NCBI GenBank assembly: GCA_002633005.1
Contig: NMRA01000160.1
Span: forward strand, 590,043-654,042
Direction: 5' to 3'
DNA length: 64,000 nt
From: Phoronis australis
Lineage: Eukaryota; Animalia; Phoronida
Part shown: positions 1 to 13,247 of the stretch, in pieces
How positions within the stretch are numbered: the stretch's first letter is position 1
Layout: each line of letters begins with the position of its first letter
The notes under the pieces: model-generated
What the model was told of the DNA's origin: nothing
Seen by the model: the letters and a program-made list of their open reading frames with translations, nothing else
Database searches by the model: none
Translations under genes and position numbers: made by a program

Positions 1-2472
1 TCATCTCGTTCAACGTTATAGCTCAGTGCGTAGCACGGGAAAATACCAAAGGTCATATACCTTTTTGGGACCTAGTGATATATTTAGAGAGGATGATAGG
101 TGTCGAAGTGTTAGGTGGTCAAACACGACTTTTAACAAGTGGATCTATGTACATGACGTTTTGGATTATTTAAGTCTGCTGGGCCTGTGTAGTGGTTCCA
201 GTTGTAAATTAATTTCAAGAAACCTGTAGCGGGCTACGTGGGAATTTTAATTTCGTACTTTCTGATGGGCCTCCTCCCCCTTACGACATCGTATGGAGCG
301 CCTATACTGCAATATTTCGTGACAACACGGTGCGGTTACTGCTTGAAGCAAAGTGTACGGGATATCTGATGTTCGCATCAGTAGGCCTGTTGCGTTTGTG
401 GTCATTGGGTTTCACAGCATAGCATGCATATGTTCGTATACGCGTACTTATATGCTCGCTCACACACGCACACGCACACAGGAGCCTTCTTAACCTTCCA
501 GAGACGAATTTTAATTTTTTGTGTACGCCTATGTGGGCAATGATACGGTGACTAGTTCCGCTAAACTCAAAAGTTGGTGATAAACCATCAGCATCAGCAT
601 GCATTTGCTTTATTATTCCAAACTTAATAAATCGTTTCAATTCACAATAGCTTACTGTATAACAACTATCAGTGTACCGTCATCAGTCATAAATCTCACG
701 ACAGATGTCGCAAATCACGTCAATAAGCTGAAGCCTTTTGCACAGCTGACGCATGATTCCATATTAGTCCACTCTACCACACAACATTGTGATGTCCAGT
801 TTTGCCAGTTTTAAGACAATTTTTGTAATTGGTGCAGTGGTCAGGTTTAGACGTTTTGAACTGACTAGCAGTGTAATATAATAAACGTGCTAACTTCACT
901 GAATCTATTTAAGAGCGACTGCTGATTTCTATTATCTGTGTATTAAATATTCGTACAAAACACAGAATCTTTTTCACCACTCGGCTATTCTCGTCAACTG
1001 TAAACAGAACTAGCTATTTTCTGACGAAACAAGGTTCGTTTTTCAGTACTACATTAAACCACATAAATCACCACTGAGTAAAAACACCTACTTGCCCGCA
1101 TTTGGTATACTATTAATGGATACCACTACGTCACTGACCATTTAGGCCAACATATTCACCTATGAAAGCCTTCTTACTGAGTAGAGTTTCGTAAACACAA
1201 GAAGTTCGCTAAGGAAGCTAAAGTGATCACGTGCTTCCCTTGTTATACGTTGCAATATCTCGCGAAGTTTTACGAGTTCTTGCTTTTCTCGCAAGAAACT
1301 AGGTTTACGGAACGCACACTTGGAGGCATATGGTATTACAACGTATTAAAATAAAGCTATCAGGTGGATGGTGGTAATTATTAAATAAATTATAAAATGT
1401 AAGTTGAGATTGAATACAGGTTGCTTATATGAGGTAAATAAACCCATGCATGTGTATGCATAAAAACAAGAACAACATGGTAATGCGAAATTAACCCTTT
1501 TAGTCTTTGTGCGAGTTTTGAAATCCCCAAGTGAATGTGTTGGGAATTAGATAGGAAAAGGCGCGTTTTCGGCGAAAATTTCACCGGAAACGGCACCCGT
1601 CAGAGCGGCAAGTCCTGCATACTTGGGAGTATTCCGCGGATCTACTATTTCTACCGGGCATTTTACCTAATGTTCAAATTTGTTCGCTGCAAAAGCAAGA
1701 AAAACGATCAATTTTGATAAAGGATACTACCGAGATATGCATTTATTAAGCCACATGTGCTCAAGTATTCGACATATAATGAAATACAGCACAGGTTGCA
1801 TGTCACGAAAGACCATGCAGACCCAGTGACCAGTACAAAAACAAACTTTCCCAGAGAAACAGTGTTATTCCAAATAATAACCTTCTAAGTCCATGGTGGC
1901 GTATGTTATAGACAATGTTTAATATACTTTTCAGCACCGTCCTCCAATAGACATAACATAACACAACCCTTATAAATAATCCAGTCGAAATAGCTGCAAT
2001 ACGAACTCAGACGCTCCTGTGTGCGAATTTTATCAAAATATCATAAGTACTGACAAAAATATCACATGCAAATACCAACAGTAGCTCGAACAGCGGAAGT
2101 TTCGGAAAATTACACGCGATATTATACATTGCAAAATTCTTAACGCAAATAGTGCACAATTCTAAAACAAAATGAGTCGGAAAAAAATTACCTCGAGTAA
2201 GCGAGGATTTCTCAGACCTTTGGCACCTTGATCATTCTGGCTATCGGCGATATGTACCTAGATGAGTTAAGTGAAGCCCATGCAAAAGCGTTTACCTTCC
2301 ATCAATATGATATAAAGCGGAAACAATATCTTTCCCTAAATGCAACTTTTGCTATCGGCATCAGAATAAAGTTTCTGTAGTTAAAAAACGCCATAAATAT
2401 CAATAAAGATTTGTATTTTCCTACACCACTTCAAAATTGCCTCTGACGGAGACGGCTTTTCCATCTAGCTAT

Positions 2473-2610
2473 CTATTGGTCCTTCTCTTTCCGCCATAAA
2501 CGGTCCATTTCCGGTACCCAGAACTTGTCTCCGTCTGCCTGCGGTATCATGTAGAACACTTGGTCCCTCTCATACACCTCAACGGCTGGGTTCAATTGCA
2601 GCTTGTTCCC
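2473..2610 (-). CDS. TEX264: TEX264-like, last coding exon
   Basis: Acceptor TATTCCAG; GNKLQLNPAVEVYERDQVFYMIPQADGDKFWVPEMDRLWRKEKDQ* resembles TEX264 P.LEIY..DQIHF..P.....F.VPEM. Total CDS 639 nt = 212 aa + stop. Confidence 0.88.
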   Translation of the reverse strand, partial: GNKLQLNPAVEVYERDQVFYMIPQADGDKFWVPEMDRLWRKEKDQ

Positions 2611-3044
2611 CTGGAATACATGACGCGTATCAACTACTGGTATCTCTTTCACGAAACGCGACTTAAAAGACTTAAAACAAATATTTGATCTTACGCTTCC
2701 ACTACACAACTACTGAATAAAGGTTAAGTTAGGGGTCATCAGCGTATCGCAGTCTAGAAATAATTAATAGAAATTATTACAGTACCTAGTAGTTTTGTGT
2801 AAATTATCAGAGACTGCATTTTTGCTCAAGTGAGATTTAATTATTTTTCTGAAAAAGTTGACGTCAAGCGTAAGACCAAATATGTCCCTTGGATTGGCCA
2901 TCCATACATGACGTAAAAATATAAACCTAATCCTAACGTACCTGGACCACACCAAAGAAATTTCACTGGATACCCTTTGTAACAAGTGCATTTGCAACGT
3001 CAGAAGAACAATCAATAAGTCGACCCAGAGGATTGGATTATGCA

Positions 3045-3300
3045 CAGTGGCAGATGTACGTTTTCAGTAAAGGGGGGGGTTTAGGATTCGAGCGAATCCG
3101 AGGCGCATAGCGCTGAGCGGAAGGAAGGTCGAGAGGGAGTTTCCCCCTTCCCGCGTAAGATTTGTTGTGGTTTTTAGTAGCTGAGTTTCGTTTTTCTGGC
3201 GTAATTATTTTCAAATTTTATTTTTGATCCTGTCCCGAGGGGGGGGGGGGGNNNNNNNNNNNNNNNNNNNNNNNNNNNNNNNNNNNNNNNCCCGCCTCTG
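3045..3300. mobile_element. GC-rich MITE, CAGTGGCGGAT...ATCCGCC(A/C/T)CTG family (contains N gap)
   Basis: Starts CAGTGGCAGAT, ends CCCGCCTCTG, with poly-G/C tracts; related termini at 12545, 32588, 51746 and 53576. Confidence 0.55.
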
Positions 3301-3815
3301 ATTCATGATTTCTTGAACTCAATAACTTCAAGTACTTGACTTCAATGAATAACAATGTGCATTAGACTAAATTTATCGAATCTTATACTGTGTTCCGGTT
3401 TTATTTAAGGAAACTATAAACCAGCCTCCAATAAAAAAATAATTTCGGCCACATAACGTTATGACATTGGTATCAAACTGTGCCTTAGTCAAGTTGGAGG
3501 GGATTTCAGGTATTCGAAAGAGCCGACAGGTCGTTATTGCTTGAGACTGGGCCGCACAAGTTGGTTTGTCACTGCGTGACATTTCATGCACGGAACAAGG
3601 TCTCGAGGAATAACGAAGTGTCACAGTTCTTTGCAAGTCCTTAAATTACTTCTCACTGAGTAAGGAACAAGCTGATATAGGAACAAGTGGTCGAAATCAC
3701 TCGAGTTTGCTTCTTTGATGGAACACGGGTAACCGCTTTGATAATTATGGTCAAAATAAACATTTCAGCACAGGCTAACTTAGTATGCATGCAATGACTA
3801 ATTGGGTGCAAATAC

Positions 3816-4034
3816 CTTGATATATTTCATGATAGCAGGGTAAGCCTTCCAACCTCCGATACCAGACGACAGATTGTTTTTGATGGGAAAGGACGTCTGT
3901 ACGGCAGTAGCGACCTCTGGTAGCGTGAAAATATGGTAGCCGAGTTCTTGGAACTCTTGTTCAACTTTTGGGTCGGATTCTTCATCTCCCTCACACAATA
4001 CTACACCGACGACGTAACGACTGGTCTTGTCATA
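3816..4034 (-). CDS. TEX264: TEX264-like, coding exon 3
   Basis: Acceptor TTGTAG; YDKTSRYVVGVVLCEGDEE...FQELGYHIFTLP...AVQTSFP...AYPAIMKYIK; donor AAG|GTATTT; 219 nt, phase 0. Confidence 0.9.
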
Positions 4035-4686
4035 CTACAACACAAGTGGAAATTATAATGTTCAATTCCCATTGTATAGTATCATGATTGTATTGCCTGT
4101 TACAGTTGTAGGCCTTATTGTATTGTATAATGTAATTTCGTTTGTCGAAGGTTTGGACGTTGTAGGTTAGTCCGGCCCCGACCTCAGTATTTTGAAGGAT
4201 GCAAAATTGAGTTAATCGGCGAAAACCTTAAACACGTCTCAGAAATTTAATTTTGTAGCCGACGTACAAAAAATCGCATAGTTTCATCAACATGATTACC
4301 AAATTGTGTTTCCATAGCTGCAGTTTGTAATTAAGATGCAAATACGATATTTTAATTTGACCACAAAAGAAAAATTAAACCAGCTTGAAAACATCGAACA
4401 TCCTGACAAAGATCACAGACGTAGAATGAATGTCACAAAGGCGGGGTTAACCAAGCTTTTTAAAAAGAACTAAAATGCTCCCTGTCTACGTAAGCCCCAA
4501 AATGGCACGCCGGTGGCGTTTTAGTTGTTGATTGCGTGTGAAGGGGAGGTCCCCCTGGGCACAATTAATGCACTTCTGAAGTTGAAGACTTGGTAACCAT
4601 GAATACCAGATAAAATCGACAAGTAGGTCTATAGTAAGCAAGTGTTAAGTCCCAGCACACGACGCTACCGGCCAGATTAAGTTCAC

Positions 4687-4810
4687 CTGTGTCGGGTCGT
4701 CATAGTAGATACCAATGGTCGTCAACTCAGGATGAATCTTTCGAATCTCTTTGAAACCGTCACTGCCACCCCGTGAGCAGTAGTCACCCGTGTTTGCCTT
4801 GTAGGCGATT
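4687..4810 (-). CDS. TEX264: TEX264-like, coding exon 2 (GyrI-like domain)
   Basis: Acceptor TTTGTTTCAG; IAYKANTGDY...TIGIYYDDPTQ resembles the TEX264 VAYK..G.Y / IAVYYDNP motifs; donor CAG|GTGAAC, phase 0. Confidence 0.9.
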
Positions 4811-5599
4811 CTGAAACAAAGCCGCACATGTACGTATTGATAGGGTGTCCGACGTTCGTCGCCTGTGGGGTTAGTAGCATAGGTCTAGGCCTGGTATGAA
4901 GGGATGTGACAGTGGGTAGTGACAGTGTTGGCCATAACAACAGGCTAGGGGTAAATGGCCCACATGAATTGGACATATCGCCGTTCGCTGAGCTATTTGC
5001 CCCATTGAAAGGGACGTTTTGCCTCAGTTATGTGACAAAAGACACAAAGTCTATATATTTCTTTTTTATGCTACAATGCCCTTGAATTAAATGCCGTGAT
5101 TTACATGTTTTCGAATTTTAGTACTAGATTTGACAGTCCGTTACAACCAGATATTAATACGGATCGGGCGCTCGCGCTTAAGAGGTCATTTTTGGCCGGC
5201 CCCACGTACCCAGTAGTTATCTTAGCGAGTAGCCAAATCTTCACTAGAAAACGACAGAATATTTTTTACTAAAGTTTGAAGTCAATAATTACAGAATAAT
5301 ACATTGATGAACGTTCCGAAATTTGAGGTTGCCAACAGCCGGGTAATGCCGATGCGAAAACACGAGAGACATATTCAAATCCTTAGCGGCACAGTCTGCG
5401 ACCCGGCCGTCAATATTTTGGTCAAATCAGTGACTAGTAATTGATAGGATCACAACTAAATTTCGTTTGAACAACTAATTCACATTTGGCCTAGCTACGA
5501 TAGTCATTCTACTAGAAAACATACTTGTAAAACTCGCCTCGTTCGAATGATATTCCATAGATGTCCTTGCCAATATACTGAATAACCCGCCAAACTTAC

Positions 5600-5757
5600 C
5601 TCATTTTTCCGTATACAGGACGTCTACATGTGACCGCTCTAATCTGCTGACATATTCCGGAATGCATTAAATACAGGACGGGAGGAACAACGAGCGATGC
5701 TGTCGCAACAGCCAGGTGCTTCCAGTTTAAAACATAGCCAAATAACTCAAGTTCCAT
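5600..5757 (-). CDS. TEX264: TEX264-like, coding exon 1 (N-terminal transmembrane anchor)
   Basis: ATG at 5757; MELELFGYVLNWKHLAVATASLVVPPVLYLMHSGICQQIRAVTCRRPVYGKM(R). Hydrophobic stretch followed by an (Y/H)SG motif as in TEX264. Donor AG|GTAAGT, phase 2, joins exon 2. Confidence 0.85.
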
Positions 5758-6955
5758 TATGCTTTCAGAGTAGCCTTAAATTTCCAAAAGTAAAAATTCC
5801 GGGTTCTCAATCTCACTGACGAATCTCAATATGTCGAATCAGTGTTCAGCACGACTTAAATATTCAATGATGACAAGGCGTGTTGTATATTTTTAGCCGT
5901 CACCAGCATTGACCTAAATAACAGTAGCATATACCTGAATGGAAAAGTGATGAAATTTGTAATGAGTCAAGGGGTCAGTGAATCGAGGGCATACGTGTTA
6001 TAAGACCATTGAATGGTCGACGCTGGACGTATAGTATTCAGTTCAAAACAAATGACGTACGCAAGAAAGTGTGGTCAGACTGGCTGAGGCTAAATTTCAT
6101 CATATCCAACACTGTAATTTCTTTCCTATGAAATAAACGAGTTTCCGGTAAGATTATGAGACACGAGTGTATTTTTTTCTATCGATCGATACCTTTTTTC
6201 GCAGAATTGATCCCGCACTTACTGACAGTCGGATCAGGGGACCTGTTTTCCTCCGCCACCTACGGAATGAAACGACAAAAATGACGCAAGCACACCATTT
6301 CTAAGGCCTTACGCAACGTTTTGGACAGCCAGTTTTTAAGTTGGCGCGCAGCCCCCTCCCAATAACATTGGCATCCGAGATCCGCCAGTGTTCACGCTCG
6401 TGAGCAAAGCCACCACTTGAGCACACGTAGAGTTCTTACTCGTCACAGACGGCGGACTAAAACTTCATCTCCGTTTCACTGGCCTGGCAAATAACTATAA
6501 AATCGAGAATTAAAAGGTATTTTACTCTCATAAACTAGGCCTCTTAATTTTCCATCGCAAGCTTAGTTGGCAAACCCTTCTGAAGTGTTCTCTCACGGCG
6601 GTTTCCCATGTCCTTGTTAGTAATAGAAATATAATCCAATCATGGTACGAAGTATTGCGCGACTATTCATTAGAGTAAAAGGTATATTTTTTATTTCCGT
6701 TTTTAGACAGCTAATCATGCCATGACGAAACAATGCAAAAGCTTAATAAATAGGGATGATTCTTATGTCATCCACTGTGGCCGGAGCTGTCAATGCCAGA
6801 AAACATTGATTTGCCCTCAACTGAAAGACGGCCCTGCTGGGGGTTACTTACATACAAGCGGGTAAAATGTAAACGGGAGTCGGTGCCGCCTTTTTTCGTT
6901 CTAAATTGTTGCCATCTACAGAAGAGGTTCGTGTGTTACAAAAGTACAGGTATAG

Positions 6956-7074
6956 GGCCTGTTCCAAGAAACTTGAGATCTCTTTCTTCAAACGGAATTG
7001 AGACAAATTTAAGTTTTATTTTAAAATTGACTGAAATTTAAGATTTGTCTAAGGTAAGTCACTTGGAACGGGCC
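6956..7074. mobile_element. Small MITE with GGCC termini (PIF/Harbinger-like)
   Basis: Terminal inverted repeat GGCCTGTTCCAAG / CTTGGAACGGGCC with 1 mismatch; no clear TSD. Confidence 0.45.
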
Positions 7075-9520
7075 ATAGTATAGCTATTGGTGCCCGGCGC
7101 GGAACTGGAACTGACTAAGGTGTCCCGTGGTCGTCCCCACCGATGACACACCCTACCCCCAGTCGTCACCAAGTTTGCGTTGTTTCCCCACCCAGTCAGT
7201 CAACACCAAGGTTTTACTTCGCCCCCGGTTTTTGTGTCGTTCCCTTTGCCATCTGGCTAATTTTTGTGCGCGACTGTTTGTGCTACCTGTCCTCGCTTTG
7301 TAGGGGTGCCGCCCGAGGCGGACTGCTCCCCCACACCAGTTCCCATTAAGTTCCTATAACGGTATGTTCAATTTTTAAAAGATAACCACGAATACCTAAC
7401 AACTTCTAATAAAGCAAGCAATTTTAATAAATGTCACAATAGAAAATGTGCAAGTAAAACACACATGTAGCAGTGAACTGTGTGGGAACACACAGACAGG
7501 TTCCCTAGACAAATTATAAGAGGAGATTCTTTGGAAGTAAAACCCTCCAAGTGGTTTCCACTTATAAGTATCCTGGTGTTGACTTCTCTCCAAAATTATG
7601 ATGGATTGCAGCTACCCAAAGAAGGTTGCCATTAGGGTGGATAAACTAGGAATACAACACATACCACCAACCCCAGACTTTGAAATATTTGACCAATGAA
7701 TCACACTGCCCAATGCTGTGGAGCCAAAATAGCTAGGAAGCCTTCCAAAACATATGGTTAGCTTGAAAAGGAGCATGTAGAAGTTTGCAAACCTGTGTTG
7801 CCGCTACAGACCAAATACTGTTTGATCATCATCAAACACTGGTTCAAAACTTCTCAAAATGTCTCCTTATTAGAAATCAAGGGCAGCTTATAATAATTTG
7901 CACTACTTGGACAAAATGGTGGGTATTCATCAAACAGGGCTTCTTCGATCAGTTAGACACAAATTTTCAAATTATGGTTTCTACGAAAATTGGTTGAAAA
8001 TTCATTCCTGCAAATTTTTAGGCAAACAATAAAGTATTGTTATTTGCAAGGTTGGTGATAATTTCAAAAAAATTAACCAGTAAGGAACTTGTGGTGTGGT
8101 TATACCTTTAGGTTATTGTCTTTCAACTAAAAATTAAAACCATCTCATAAGCTTCAACCCAGAACATATACATGCATTATGTATTGACTTTTGAAGGTTT
8201 GTCTGTACACTTTACAGACTTGACCGTCAGTTGACTATCAGAAAATTCACATGCTAAAGTAGGTTTCAATAATATTTATTTAATCTCGCCAGTAAACAGG
8301 AAACATATATTTTGAAGAGTTCAACCTAACAGCACAAAGCTAAAAATATTAAAGATCTTAAAAATTGGATTTCAGAGAGTGCGCTTGTTAACATGCACAC
8401 CTACAGTACAAGAAAAAATGAAGTATTCAGACAAAATACGGTTTTCCCACCACGAGGGGTAATTTTGTTAACAGCAAAAATGACTGGTAACAACTAATAG
8501 GGTGGCAAAATTTTAATGACAGAATGGCTTAGCCAACTTACTAACTTTCCTGTTAATTCCATTTCATTCTTGGTCATCAGGGGAGACAACTCTGATGATG
8601 AATTCGGCTTCTGCCCAGCTGTCATGACAGGCAATTACAAGTAATTTGTCTGAATACTTTTGGCTTGTAATGTAGCCAACAGATTCCATTTCACCAATCA
8701 AACTTTCAGCCTTGTAAAAAGCTTTTAAGGCTGTTGCTACCATGTTCTTGGAGGTTAACTGCCATGACAGTGTTTCACATGGCATTGTAAAGTTTAAAAA
8801 TGAAATATACACAGTTTTACGAAGAAGGGTACACTTTTCAAAGTTCAAGCACATCCAATGGACACTCTTTTCATTTCTTGTACCCAAAGAACAAAGCCTT
8901 TACTCCCCTTCCGCCTGGTATCCGCCTGTCCCCACATTTCGACTCCAGTACTGTGATGACCTTAGACACATGATTTTCTCAACTAATTTTGAACTTTGAA
9001 CTTTGAACTCTGTCACTGCAATGCCACATCATCCAATGACTACTTCTTCATATCTTAGTTACAAAGGATCAAATTTCTTAAACAATAAGTATTAATAGTA
9101 CACTGCTAACACAAATATGTTTAAATTGATGGTCAAAGAATCTTATTGTATGCACAAAAGCAATACCCAGATGTTCGTGATCAGTGACTGCCTTTTTTTC
9201 TAAAAAACATGACTTTGATGGAAATCACAAAATTTTCCACAAACGTAGATTTTTCCACATGAAACTTGAAAATTCTGTTTCTTTATTCTATTACTAACAG
9301 AAGCACGTCTGATATTCTCTTTTTTAATGGATCTTATAGTCCCAGTACTCCACAGTCAACAATGAAGACGTCAACATTCCATGAAAAACAAAAGTTTTGA
9401 TTTTTGACAGCCGAGCTTCGATCCTTGGTAACAAACATATCATCTTACCTTACCTGTCTAAGTCATGGTAACAATATTTGCAATGGAGCCTTGTCCTCTA
9501 GTTATTCATGTCACCACTGC

Positions 9521-9694
9521 TCAAACACTGTCAGTCTGTTCCAGTTCATTCAGTTTTCTCTTGATTAAGTTCAAGTTCACTTTATGCCTCATCAAATACT
9601 TGCCGTTCAAATGGAACACAGGAATGTCATAACGATACTTGTCAAACCACTCTTTGTTACGCTCCTCCTCGATGTCGATTTCTTCAAACTCAAA
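9521..9694 (-). CDS. C5orf63: Glutaredoxin-like protein C5orf63 homolog, last exon
   Basis: Acceptor TTTGCAG; FEFEEIDIEEERNKEWFDKYRYDIPVFHLNGKYLMRHKVNLNLIKRKLNELEQTDSV*. W..KY.YDIPVFHLNG..LM.H is typical of the DUF836/C5orf63 family. Not in the ORF track (58 codons). Confidence 0.92.
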   Translation of the reverse strand, partial: FEFEEIDIEEERNKEWFDKYRYDIPVFHLNGKYLMRHKVNLNLIKRKLNELEQTDSV

Positions 9695-9929
9695 CTGCAA
9701 AGAGTACCATCGTGAATATTCAGTTTAAGACGTAAATACCAGCATTCCTTACCATTTCCATGCCAAAAACTTTTACAAAGCTATATTCTGCCCCTGCTTT
9801 AACGAAAATTCAATTACCCCATAAAATCGGTTTCATGATATTCCTTATTGTAACAGGACTCCATTACTTATAGGAATATCAAAACCATCAGAGACTTAGG
9901 GCAATGCTTTAGACCACAGTTTACGAGAT

Positions 9930-10002
9930 GACTCCGTGGTGTAGTGGTAGACTCAAATTATCTGTAGTGTCAGAAGTCATGGGTTCGAATCCTGCCTCGG
10001 AC
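9930..10002 (+). mobile_element. tRNA-derived SINE head or tRNA pseudogene in the C5orf63 intron
   Basis: Pol III A-box GTGGTGTAGTGG and B-box GGGTTCGAATCC at tRNA-like spacing; acceptor and anticodon stems do not pair properly. Confidence 0.6.
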
Positions 10003-11728
10003 AAAAAATCACACCAGGAGTGTACCACATATCTGTGCTCGTTCTTCCAAGAACGCGGGAGCACCTGACGATGGCCGGAGAATAGACTGACTGAAACGTC
10101 GTGACAGTGTAAATAGACAAGAGGTCGGTATAAATAGATCAAGAGATTTTAATAATATTTGTAACATGCCACCACCTCAGAGTGGTTTTAGAAAGTCAGT
10201 TTACTGGGGTTCGTTAACAAAAAAGTTACAACTTCGAAAATGGAGCGTGTACGCATTGCTGGTGACCAGAACATCACAACCATCAGCGACTCAATAAAAT
10301 GGCTAACTCTAAAATTACGAATTTGAAAATGGCGTGTGCATGCACTGCCAGTGACTCAAGTTGGTAAAGGAAATGTAATACTTTCACGGAAAGGAATATT
10401 GGGCTGATTTCATGTGAGTAAATGGCCCTATTCGATTTTCGTTTCTTAGCCAGCTAAACAGGGCGAACTACGCCTTTAAATTAGACCATCTGTAAAACAT
10501 AAAATTGGTCGGTCTCAACCAACTTCTCAATGAAATTAGGGTAATTTTTGGCTTTGAAAAAGTATCAATACGCTAAACTAGGTTGGCTAACGAACGTCAG
10601 GTAACTTCTAAGCCCCAAATGTATGGTTTTGGACCTGGTGGTAATACTAGTAACCTAGTTCCTTGCCCAAACACTAGGTGGAGTAACAATCAGAGATATT
10701 TTGTGCCTCTCATCAGAATTTTGTCAACATAGTTTCGAATTTCAACATCAGCAAATTATGAGTAGCTTAGAGAACACGTCAGTCAAGTTTTCATTCATAA
10801 GACAATAAAGACAGCACTCTAGAGAGTGACATTCGGTGAAACGGAATGAAAAGTGACGATGATGATGACAGAAATTGGAGAGTGGAATAGATTCCATGGC
10901 CGCACCTCTAATTTCCAGAGCTGAGTAGAGCTCTCTACAACCCTCTGAACCCCAGTCCTGGTGATGTAAATACTAAACTCACAATACCATACCCGCACTT
11001 CTCGACTTCACACACTCACAGGTACTGAAAATACTCCACAGCCAGTCTGCAAACTCCATACTCAGAGATCTAAATACGATACTCGACCCACGGAGTTTGT
11101 TCACTGAGTTTGGAGTATTTTAGGTGCATGCTTGGAGTTTAAAGCCTACCTTCCATAGAATTTAGTTATTTTAGGCCTACTAGGCTAACCAGATAGTCCT
11201 AGCAATGCCTTAGCAAAATAAGAAAATGTGAGTTTAATCACTCTAATGTAGGTCCCTCAAATAATAGATGATTTGCCTTTTAATGCCATGTTGTGTCATC
11301 GCGAGATCCCAGCACAAATAACAAAAAGACCGAAAACAGTTGAATTGAATAGGGTCTGAATGGAACACCATTGCGTGCGGGTGTTATTTGCAACTGTTTG
11401 AATTAAAAAGCGATTTTCACTGTGACGTGGACAAAAGCAACCCAATACCCCTACTAGTTCATTACATCTGGCAATTTATGGCACAAGTGGGCTCACAGCG
11501 ATGCTCTTAACATACTACAGGAACCAAATTTACAGGTGCTACCATTCAAGAAAGGCTTAAGGGTGCAGGTACAGAATTTATACCACGTGTTTGGTGTTTG
11601 TTGGTGTGGAACTGAGGTTTTGACGATCGAAGTTTGAATTTAGAGGTGAGCTGTGGAATTGTTTCCATCCCTACGAAATAATAAAGGAATTCCATTTCAC
11701 CAAATCATAATTATTGTAGAAATCCTAC

Positions 11729-11965
11729 CCTGTGCCAGACAGGCATAAGAACCTCCTTGGCCTCAACACATAAGCTGCAGTTGTCTTTGGTGTATAAAGT
11801 TAACAAGGGTTTGGAGTTTTGTAGAGGGCCACATGACGACGACTTCTTTGAAGATGTTGCACTGATGGTTACAGTTAGTCCTGTTGAACTAGGAACGTCG
11901 TGTGTCTTTCCACAACGGCCAATTAGGAGACTGCGCGAGAGTCGTCGCAACATGAAACAGTTCAT
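11729..11965 (-). CDS. C5orf63: Glutaredoxin-like protein C5orf63 homolog, first coding exon (CSLC motif; likely mitochondrial targeting peptide)
   Basis: MNCFMLRRLSRSLL...KPLLTLYTKDNCSLCVEAKEVL..WHR; donor AGG|GTAGGA, phase 0. Start may instead be the ATG at 11953. The Arg/Ser/Leu-rich N-terminus suggests mitochondrial import (inference). Confidence 0.88.
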
Positions 11966-12086
11966 GCATACACCAACTACACAATCAGTTGTTGGCACCT
12001 ACAACAAAGTTACAAAATAAAGCATATTCGTTACAAGTTTCCGAAACCATTGTGGTTTTCACAAGAAACACTGGACTTTGACTTAC

Positions 12087-13247
12087 GCAAAACCTTTTCT
12101 AATCACCAGTAGAAAATGGCATGTTCAGTAGACCAAGAAAAAAGCCTCGAAATCAGATCAAGTTCGACTGGAAAGTGCATGGGCTTCATTGCATACGATA
12201 CAAAGTACAGAGTTCTCTTGGATAAAAATGGTTACCCGTTTTTGGCTTGGATGCTGCATACTAGCATAGTGTACAAGGCAAAAGTAATCAGACAAAACAC
12301 TGTTTCCCCGACACGACAAATTAACCAACAGCAAAAATTACTGGTAGTAACTGTTTTGAGTCATTTTGTTTCAATACTAAACTGGTTTGTAAGCTGTAAA
12401 CCCAAAAGTGAATGCAGTACTACACTCTATCACAGTGCTAAACTTTGCAGTATAGGTGGCACTGTGTCAGAGGGTAATGCAGAAATAGAACTGTTCTTGG
12501 CTTTCTCACACTCAATCTTAAAGAGCCACGTAACACTAATCAGGCAGTGACGGATCTAGGATACCATTAGGGGGGGGGCAACATGTCGTCTCGGGGAATT
12601 GGGGAAAGCGCGGTTGTAAGTGTACAGGGGTCTCGAAGATGTGGGGGTTGGGAGTGTGTGTGAACCTGCTGCTTGGACATTCTACCAAAGAAAACTGGAA
12701 CGCCTGTAATCCCCGGACGCCATCTGGGGTCTGATCCCCCCCCNCCCCCCTTCTCCACAACCGGTCCTAGATTTCCTCACGCTTTGCGTTAATGCTCTTT
12801 CATTGTGCTTGCCAAATTAAAAATCGGAATAACAATCACCGTCCCAACTTCAAGTACAATTCTACGATGTTCGAGAAGAACAGGAACGAATCTGACTTCT
12901 TGGTCAATCACGACTCCAGTTCACACTTCGTGCTGAGGGTTCGAAAAGCCACTGTCGTGAAATAAATTTAAACGTCCTCAAAATTAAAAAAAGATGCATT
13001 TACGAACAAATTAATGTAAATAACGAAAGACAGCCTGAAAATAAACCAATGATTAGTCAGATTAGTCAACAGCTTCAGTTTTTTTTGACTGGCATTAATC
13101 AGTCTTGGCTGCAGATAGCTGTTAAGAGTCACCTTGACCTTGGCTTCTCATGTCAACAAAACGTGAGGAACGGAACGGGGTTGCATTGCATTTTCTTATA
13201 AATTTTACTCTGTGTTTGCCTTTGCAAAGTCAGCGTTCTGTTGTGAA
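12087..13247. promoter_or_regulatory. Divergent (possibly bidirectional) promoter interval between C5orf63-like and TM6SF-like
   Basis: Head-to-head ATGs at 11965(-) and 13248(+). A probable 5' UTR intron of C5orf63 lies at 11999-12086 (GTAAGT...TTGTAG on minus). Inferred from geometry only. Confidence 0.5.
12545..12772. mobile_element. GC-rich MITE (CAGTG(A/G)CGGATCTAGG family)
   Basis: Start CAGTGACGGATCTAGGATACCATTAGGGGGG is near-identical to the start at 53576; right end degenerate. Confidence 0.55.

Noticed and set aside
8564-8887. 107-aa minus-strand ORF downstream of C5orf63
   Set aside because: Non-ATG start and no motif; probably 3' UTR or intergenic.
9930-10002. Functional tRNA gene
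   Set aside because: A/B boxes are present but the acceptor and anticodon stems do not form; kept only as a SINE head or pseudogene.
9521-11965. Selenoprotein version of the CxxC protein
   Set aside because: Motif is CSLC with no in-frame TGA; no SECIS recognised.
12116-12550. 144-aa plus-strand ORF between C5orf63 and TM6SF
   Set aside because: No recognisable domain or splice support; lies in the promoter interval and ends in a MITE.
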